Positions 58,695-64,000 of a stretch of DNA of 64,000 bases are shown here, piece after piece. This DNA is from Candidatus Marinacidobacterales bacterium (lineage in GTDB: Bacteria; Acidobacteriota; Vicinamibacteria; Marinacidobacterales; DATDRI01). The notes under the pieces are model-generated. The model did not search any database. It was given only the letters and a program-made list of their open reading frames with translations, and was not told the origin of the DNA. The stretch lies in NCBI GenBank assembly GCA_965226495.1, contig OZ245365.1, positions 2,464,001-2,528,000 on the forward strand, read 5' to 3'. The translations under genes and the position numbers were made by a program. How positions within the stretch are numbered: position 1 is the first letter of the stretch; each line of letters starts with the position of its first letter.

Positions 58695-61616
58695 TTAGAA
58701 GTCAAACCTAATGCCCATGCGCAGCACCCGCGGCTTCAAAAGCTCGGCCGGAGTCAGATATCTCGGATCGTCAAGCCGAAGGGCGTTCAACCTAATCACC
58801 GTGCCTGAATTGAAGACATTGAAAATGTCGGCAATTAGCGCCACACCGGCATCTCCGCCAACAGGAATTCTGTATTGGACCCGCAGATCGAGGAGAGTCT
58901 CCACGTCGAACGTTCTAGTGCCAGCGGGCTCGCCGGCGACGTCGATAAAAGTCTCGGAGAGGATTTGGGGGAAATCACTTTGGAAAACGCGCACCTCGGT
59001 CGCCCCCCTTGGAGACTCCTGATTGAATCCTTGATAGTTATTCGTGATGGGAAAGCCGCTTAGCACCTCTAGGAACCCGCTGAACAGCAATCCATAGTCA
59101 GTCTTGTAGGTGGCCTGCAGTTTAAATTGGTGACGCCGGTCCATCGCGAGATCCCCGTCCCTGTTGATGAAAAAATTGGGGTTGGTGTAGTCGGCCCATG
59201 TGGAGCCCGCGAACCCGTTCGATACAGTCCCTGACCCCCGACCGAGAACGTAAGAGGTCGAAAGTTGCCAGTTGTTACTCATCCTCTTGTTTAGGACGAC
59301 CTCGACGCCGTTGTACTGCCGCGTCAACGGTGCCGGATCGCCAGGTCGGTCACCCGGATTGGTCTGACGGATCGCCGGCCGCCGGCCCAAGAATTCGGTT
59401 GGAAGCGTAAAGATATCCAGCGGCTGGCCAGTCAGCGGATTAGTCACGGTGATCGGTTGGTAAGCCGAGATTGGAACCGCGTCGTTGACAAAGCCGATTA
59501 GGTCGCCGTCGCGCTTGAAAATCCCTGTGGCTGAAAGAACCCACTCCTCACCGATCAGGTGTTGAAACCCTATCGTATAGACGTCCGTGTACTGGTTTTT
59601 CAAATTTGGATCGGCGGTTGGAAAGGCCGTCGGGTCTGGACGAGTATCGGTTCTTAGCAGCGTCTCTTCCCCCTGTTGCCACACACGGTCCCCGTTTCGA
59701 TCCTCCCAGTCGAACTCGCGAAAGGCTAAAACAGCGGGATTGATATTGTCCAGCCAGGCGGCCAAAGGTTGGCTGTAGAATCGCCCGGCGCTCCCCTTGA
59801 TGGTCGTTCTGTTACTCCCGGTGGCATCCCATACCACGCCGAGCCTCGGAGCTACGTTATCGAACGTAATGAGACCATTCTGCTCAGGAAAGGTCTGTAG
59901 AGGCTCAAAGGCCCCACCTCCGACGCTCGACTCGGTAATCGTCCCGCTCGAGTGATCGTACCGGACACCAAGATTCAATGTCAGCCGTTCTCCCAAGACC
60001 CACTGGTCCTGAAAGTATACGTTCCAAATATCGAACTTGTGGTTCCTGTCGGACGGAGAGTTGTACAGGCGAACCCGGAACGGGTCCCCATCGAAAAGAA
60101 GATGGTGGACGTCTGGCGTTTCGGAAATGCAGGCGTCACTGCAACCAGTTAGCTCATTGGAGCCTCGAGCTCCTTGGAGAAAGCCTAGGGCCAAGTTCGG
60201 CGTGGTCATCCATTTGATTCCCGTCTTAAATTCATGGCTTCCGCCAGCCCAATTCCCTTTGAACTTGGTCACGTCGGCCCTAGCCTGATGTCGGTTCCGT
60301 TCAACTCTGCCGATCGTATGAAAGTCGCCGCCACTGATGATACCGGTCGATTGGTCTACATAAGCCGTGGAGCCATCGTTGTTCGGGTTGCTCACCGGAA
60401 TATGGTAATATCCGAGGGCTCCCCGAACTTCAAGAAGTGTGCTCTCGTTGATGACACTGGTCCATTGCACCGATGGAATGCGGTTCGTCTTTACAAGAGC
60501 CATCCACGTGCGCGGGTCGTCTGCGTTGCGGAAGCTAGCGGTGGCGGTGAAGGGGAAGTTTGAAAAGACCCTGCGGTTGTATGAAGCCATCAGTGTGTTT
60601 GCGTCAGAGAGCTTTACGGTTCCTTTCACGAACAACTGCTTCTCTTCGTTGCTTAGTGCGACGGGGAAATCCGACTTTATCTCCTGCAAATCCTGATAGC
60701 GATAATTCGCAAAAAACCAGGCCCTTTCTCTCTTAATTGGACCTCCTAGGAAACCCGAGAGGTCGTAGACGTGCTCGAATCCGCTCGCGACCGAGAGTCC
60801 TTGTTGCTTGAGGTCGTCCGAGACATTATCTGCCTCAGTGCTCCTATTCTGAAAATAGAAGCTTGCTCCTCCGCTGAATCGGTCACCGCCCGATTTGGTG
60901 ATGTAGTTGAAAACGGCTCCGCTGGCATCGCCATACTCGGCAGTAATGCCCGCAGTGGTGAGTTGGATTTCTTGGATTGTGTCGACTGACAATTGCGTGG
61001 AGGTAGCACCGGTTAGAGAGTCGTTCGTATAGATGCCGTCCAGGCTGTATTCGTTCTGACGCACGCTTCCGCCATGAACGACATTGATGGGAGAAAAGTT
61101 GTAGTTGGCATCCACCACACCGGGGAGAAGGTTCAAGATCTTGGTGTAGTCTCTGTCGTAGGGTACGTTCTCCAGGGTGTCCGGATCGGCGAAGTTGACG
61201 AGTCCCGAGGTACGGGTATCGATCAGTGGGACTTCGCTGGTCACGGTCACCGCTTCCTGCACGCCGGCCAGTTGGAGTGCGACGACTACTGGGAGGGATT
61301 GTCCGGCCAATAGGAGGATCCCCTCACGCTTCTGGGACTGGAATCCCTGGATCTCGAATCTAACGCTGTACGTTCCTGGGCTGAGGGTGACGAACCGGAA
61401 GGCGCCATCTGGCCCTGTCGTCTGAACCATTTGCCCGGCCAGAAGCTGAGGGCTCGCCACGGTCACGGCGACTCCCGGGAGCCGCCCGCCGCTCTCATCG
61501 TTAACCGTCCCAAAGATGGAGCCGGTGACTCTCTGAGCCGCTGCCGTGGGAGCTGTTGCCCAGCCCCACGCGAGACAACCCACCACAAGAAACAATTCGC
61601 GGGTTCTAATATTCAT
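58695..61616 (-). CDS. TonB-dependent receptor with N-terminal carboxypeptidase-regulatory-like domain
   Basis: GSIFGTVNDESGGRLPGVAV, AEYGDASGAVFNYITKSG, LNLGVRYD, APRLG, terminal RMGIRFDF. Confidence 0.93.
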   Translation of the reverse strand: MNIRTRELFLVVGCLAWGWATAPTAAAQRVTGSIFGTVNDESGGRLPGVAVTVASPQLLAGQMVQTTGPDGAFRFVTLSPGTYSVRFEIQGFQSQKREGILLLAGQSLPVVVALQLAGVQEAVTVTSEVPLIDTRTSGLVNFADPDTLENVPYDRDYTKILNLLPGVVDANYNFSPINVVHGGSVRQNEYSLDGIYTNDSLTGATSTQLSVDTIQEIQLTTAGITAEYGDASGAVFNYITKSGGDRFSGGASFYFQNRSTEADNVSDDLKQQGLSVASGFEHVYDLSGFLGGPIKRERAWFFANYRYQDLQEIKSDFPVALSNEEKQLFVKGTVKLSDANTLMASYNRRVFSNFPFTATASFRNADDPRTWMALVKTNRIPSVQWTSVINESTLLEVRGALGYYHIPVSNPNNDGSTAYVDQSTGIISGGDFHTIGRVERNRHQARADVTKFKGNWAGGSHEFKTGIKWMTTPNLALGFLQGARGSNELTGCSDACISETPDVHHLLFDGDPFRVRLYNSPSDRNHKFDIWNVYFQDQWVLGERLTLNLGVRYDHSSGTITESSVGGGAFEPLQTFPEQNGLITFDNVAPRLGVVWDATGSNRTTIKGSAGRFYSQPLAAWLDNINPAVLAFREFDWEDRNGDRVWQQGEETLLRTDTRPDPTAFPTADPNLKNQYTDVYTIGFQHLIGEEWVLSATGIFKRDGDLIGFVNDAVPISAYQPITVTNPLTGQPLDIFTLPTEFLGRRPAIRQTNPGDRPGDPAPLTRQYNGVEVVLNKRMSNNWQLSTSYVLGRGSGTVSNGFAGSTWADYTNPNFFINRDGDLAMDRRHQFKLQATYKTDYGLLFSGFLEVLSGFPITNNYQGFNQESPRGATEVRVFQSDFPQILSETFIDVAGEPAGTRTFDVETLLDLRVQYRIPVGGDAGVALIADIFNVFNSGTVIRLNALRLDDPRYLTPAELLKPRVLRMGIRFDF

Positions 61617-61712
61617 TACAACCCTCCTAGTTTAAAAAGTCGATTGATTAAATTTGAGGAGAACACGCCAGGATGTCGATGGCTGGGTACACCACCACTA
61701 TGGAAGTATACC

Positions 61713-61729
61713 TGCATACTGCATGCCAA
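61713..61729 (-). promoter_or_regulatory. Sigma-54 (-24/-12) promoter
   Basis: Minus strand TTGGCATGCAGTATGCA (GG-N10-GC), about 100 bp upstream of the receptor ATG. Confidence 0.65.
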
Positions 61730-62034
61730 GTGAAAATAGGCACGGCTTCCCCCCGTAAACTCGTCGGACGCATCACGTTACAGTCGTTGCCCAAAAGGCT
61801 CAGCACAACGAAAGATCCATCCGGCTGGATCCATGCTCACCGCGCCTAAGCCCCATGAGCCGTTTCCGACACCAAGCCCGGAAGTGGCGCGTTCGTAGGT
61901 AACTGCGACACAGGGAGTTAACTGTCAGACGGCAACGTGGGAACGTCCTGAAGGCCATCATTCAAATTTTCGGATCTTTCGCGTACGAGTTTTCGCATTG
62001 GAAGCCTGCGGGTCTGATCGCGGGATCTTGAAAA

Positions 62035-63276
62035 TTACCGGTTGTCTCTGAACACGCGTCCGTTTTTCATGACGAAACTCACCTCCTTTAGCGTGTGGAT
62101 GTTCTCGAGCGGGTTTTCGGGAGTAGCGATCAGGTCAGCCGCGAGGCCAGGTTTGATGGCGCCTCGGGTGTCCTCGACGCCCAACATCCGGGCGGCGTTT
62201 GTCGTCATGGATTGAAGAATGGCTGTCACCGGCAGCCCCGCTTCGACGTAGTTGTCAATGATGGAGATGCCTAGGCGCCCTCGGGTCTGACCGGGCACCA
62301 CGATGCCGACGTCCGCGCCGAAGGCGAGCATCACCCCTGCATCGTACATGCGCCGGAGCTCTCCGAGTCGTTCCTGGTATCGCTTTTCCGGGTCGGAAAT
62401 GTTTCTTTCCTCGAGCATGACGAGCGTGTCCAGGTTCGGGATGACGGTAACCCCTTTTTCCTTGATCAGACGAAGTGTGTCATCCGACACAAAAAGAGCG
62501 GGCTCCACCGAACCCACACCTCCCTCGACGACGACACGCACACCGGCGTCGGTCGCGGCATAGGCGGCCACTTGAAGGCCGGCCTTGGAAACCTCTTCCA
62601 CCACGAACCGCACGTCTTCGACCGAGTACATGTATGGCTCGTAGTCGATCGCGATCTTGATCACTTTGGCACCGAAATGGATGTTCTCGCGGATTGCTTT
62701 CTTCAGCTCATCCCTGGTATCCGCATGCAGATAATCGGGGGCGGAGGAATAGCGGCCCTCTCGATGAACGGGAAGTCCACCGCCAAAAGGAGCAATCAGG
62801 CGTCCGGAATTGATAATCGTTGGTCCCGGTACCACGCCGTTCTCGATGGCCTGCCGCACGTCGGTGTCGGCGTAATGCCCCCCCACGCCATCGTCGCGAA
62901 TCGTCGTGAATCCCGCTTCCAGGATCTCCCGAGCGTACGCGACGCCCAGAATCGCTCGGTAGCCGGTGGTGAACGTCATAAGGTTGAGGAACAGGCCTCT
63001 AGTCTTGGTGTACTCGGCACAGATATGGGTGTGACAATCGAAGAGTCCCGGCATCACGGTGCTATCCGATAGATCTATCACCTTGGCTCCCGGCGGAATC
63101 GTGACATCTGTCCCGACCGCCGATATGGTCCTTCCCTCGACGAGAATCACCACGTTACTGGTGCTAGTACCGCTTTCTGGATCCACCAAATTACCTGCCT
63201 TGACCGCGGTCACCTGAGCCTCGGAAGCCGGGGCACCTAGAATCAGTAGGCTTAGTAACAACAAGATCCGCTTCAT
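62035..63276 (-). CDS. Amidohydrolase family protein
   Basis: MKRILLLL signal peptide, MPGLFDCHTH, FGAD, GAIKPGLAADLI. Confidence 0.9.
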   Translation of the reverse strand: MKRILLLLSLLILGAPASEAQVTAVKAGNLVDPESGTSTSNVVILVEGRTISAVGTDVTIPPGAKVIDLSDSTVMPGLFDCHTHICAEYTKTRGLFLNLMTFTTGYRAILGVAYAREILEAGFTTIRDDGVGGHYADTDVRQAIENGVVPGPTIINSGRLIAPFGGGLPVHREGRYSSAPDYLHADTRDELKKAIRENIHFGAKVIKIAIDYEPYMYSVEDVRFVVEEVSKAGLQVAAYAATDAGVRVVVEGGVGSVEPALFVSDDTLRLIKEKGVTVIPNLDTLVMLEERNISDPEKRYQERLGELRRMYDAGVMLAFGADVGIVVPGQTRGRLGISIIDNYVEAGLPVTAILQSMTTNAARMLGVEDTRGAIKPGLAADLIATPENPLENIHTLKEVSFVMKNGRVFRDNR

Positions 63277-63380
63277 TATCTTCTCCTTCCACTTTTCGGC
63301 AGGATAGCCCTTGAATTTCGACATAGAAACTGATATCCCTATCACAATTGTGGGTTTCCGTCATTTAGCAAGGGGGCAGC

Positions 63381-64000
63381 ATGCATTCTCAAGGCACTAG
63401 GAAATCACGGCCAATGAGCACCGCCGCACTGCTTCTCAGCGTCTTCTTTGGCGGGATACTCTTCGCGGGCTTTACTTCTCAGACGTCGATCGATGCGAAA
63501 AGTGAGCTCGTTACCAAGGGCAGGGAGATCTTTTTCAACGAGACCTTCGACGGGAACGGTCGAACCTGTAGCACCTGCCACCGGCCCGAGGACAACTACC
63601 GAATCACCCCGGAGTTCATCGCGTCTCTTCCCGATGACGATCCTCTCTTTGTGCACGAGTTCAACCCGGATCTAAAAGAAAACTTCGAGAAAGCGGATTT
63701 GTTGAGAAAGTACGGACTCATTCTGGGAAACCCCGCCGGGTTTGACGACCTGGAGAACAAGTACGTTATGCGCACGGTTTCATCGCTTCGTTCCGTGCGT
63801 ACCTCCATCAACGGCTCCGAATTCGAGGGGTTCGAGAACAAAACTTCATTCCTTGGCCCCCTTACAGGTTGGGCTGGTGACGGTTCGCCTGATGGAACGC
63901 TCCGCGGATTCGCAGACGGTGCGATCAAAGCACACATGCCCAAGACGCTGAATCGAGTGCCGGGCGTTGACTACAGGTATGCGACCGACGAGGAGCTCGA
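63381..64000 (+). CDS. c-type cytochrome (cytochrome c peroxidase-like), runs off the window end
   Basis: Manual translation: ...KGREIFFNETFDGNGRTCSTCHRPEDN (CxxCH)...GWAGDGSPDGTLRGFADGAIKAH; ATG at 63381 or 63414. Confidence 0.8.
   Translation, partial: MHSQGTRKSRPMSTAALLLSVFFGGILFAGFTSQTSIDAKSELVTKGREIFFNETFDGNGRTCSTCHRPEDNYRITPEFIASLPDDDPLFVHEFNPDLKENFEKADLLRKYGLILGNPAGFDDLENKYVMRTVSSLRSVRTSINGSEFEGFENKTSFLGPLTGWAGDGSPDGTLRGFADGAIKAHMPKTLNRVPGVDYRYATDEEL

Noticed and set aside
61896-61907. TAGGTAACTGCG resembling the end of site G
   Set aside because: No inner arm at the correct spacing
1-64000. A recombinase for the palindrome sites; rRNA or tRNA genes
   Set aside because: No serine or tyrosine recombinase motifs and no RNA gene signatures recognised; only DDE transposases are present

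Overview
High-GC bacterial chromosome segment. It is probably Acidobacteriota (Vicinamibacteria-like); this is inferred from the Ser/Thr kinase-PD40 fusions and a TonB-dependent receptor with a carboxypeptidase-regulatory N-terminus. Bases 1-3.8 kb hold ordinary envelope genes (flippase, B12 radical SAM, outer-membrane protein). A near-canonical XerCD dif site lies at 6082-6109, with an IS1202-type remnant starting 5 bp from its XerC arm and a cluster of type II toxin-antitoxin modules on its left. From 6 to 21.4 kb is a decayed defence/IS island: two IS3 elements, an AbiE type IV TA pair, and an intact operon encoding a small leader ORF, a Rad50/RloC-like ATPase with HEPN-like tail, GmrSD and an HNH-like protein, followed by an ADP-ribosylglycohydrolase. 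From 21.5 to 48.1 kb is a mosaic of secreted hydrolases, pseudogenes and short gene snippets. It is punctuated by eight copies of an unannotated palindrome-derived site of about 44 bp (arm consensus CCGAGTAACCAAAAGTAAC, core near TCCGGA). Six copies sit just after the stop codon of a minus-strand gene, giving an integron-like gene-site-gene-site layout that does not match attC; one copy is split by IS1182. This is the best candidate for an undescribed system, but no recombinase gene is visible in the window. Bases 48-64 kb hold mostly intact peptidase, amidohydrolase, transporter and TonB-receptor genes. No rRNA, tRNA or CRISPR array was recognised. All analysis was by eye, without database searches.
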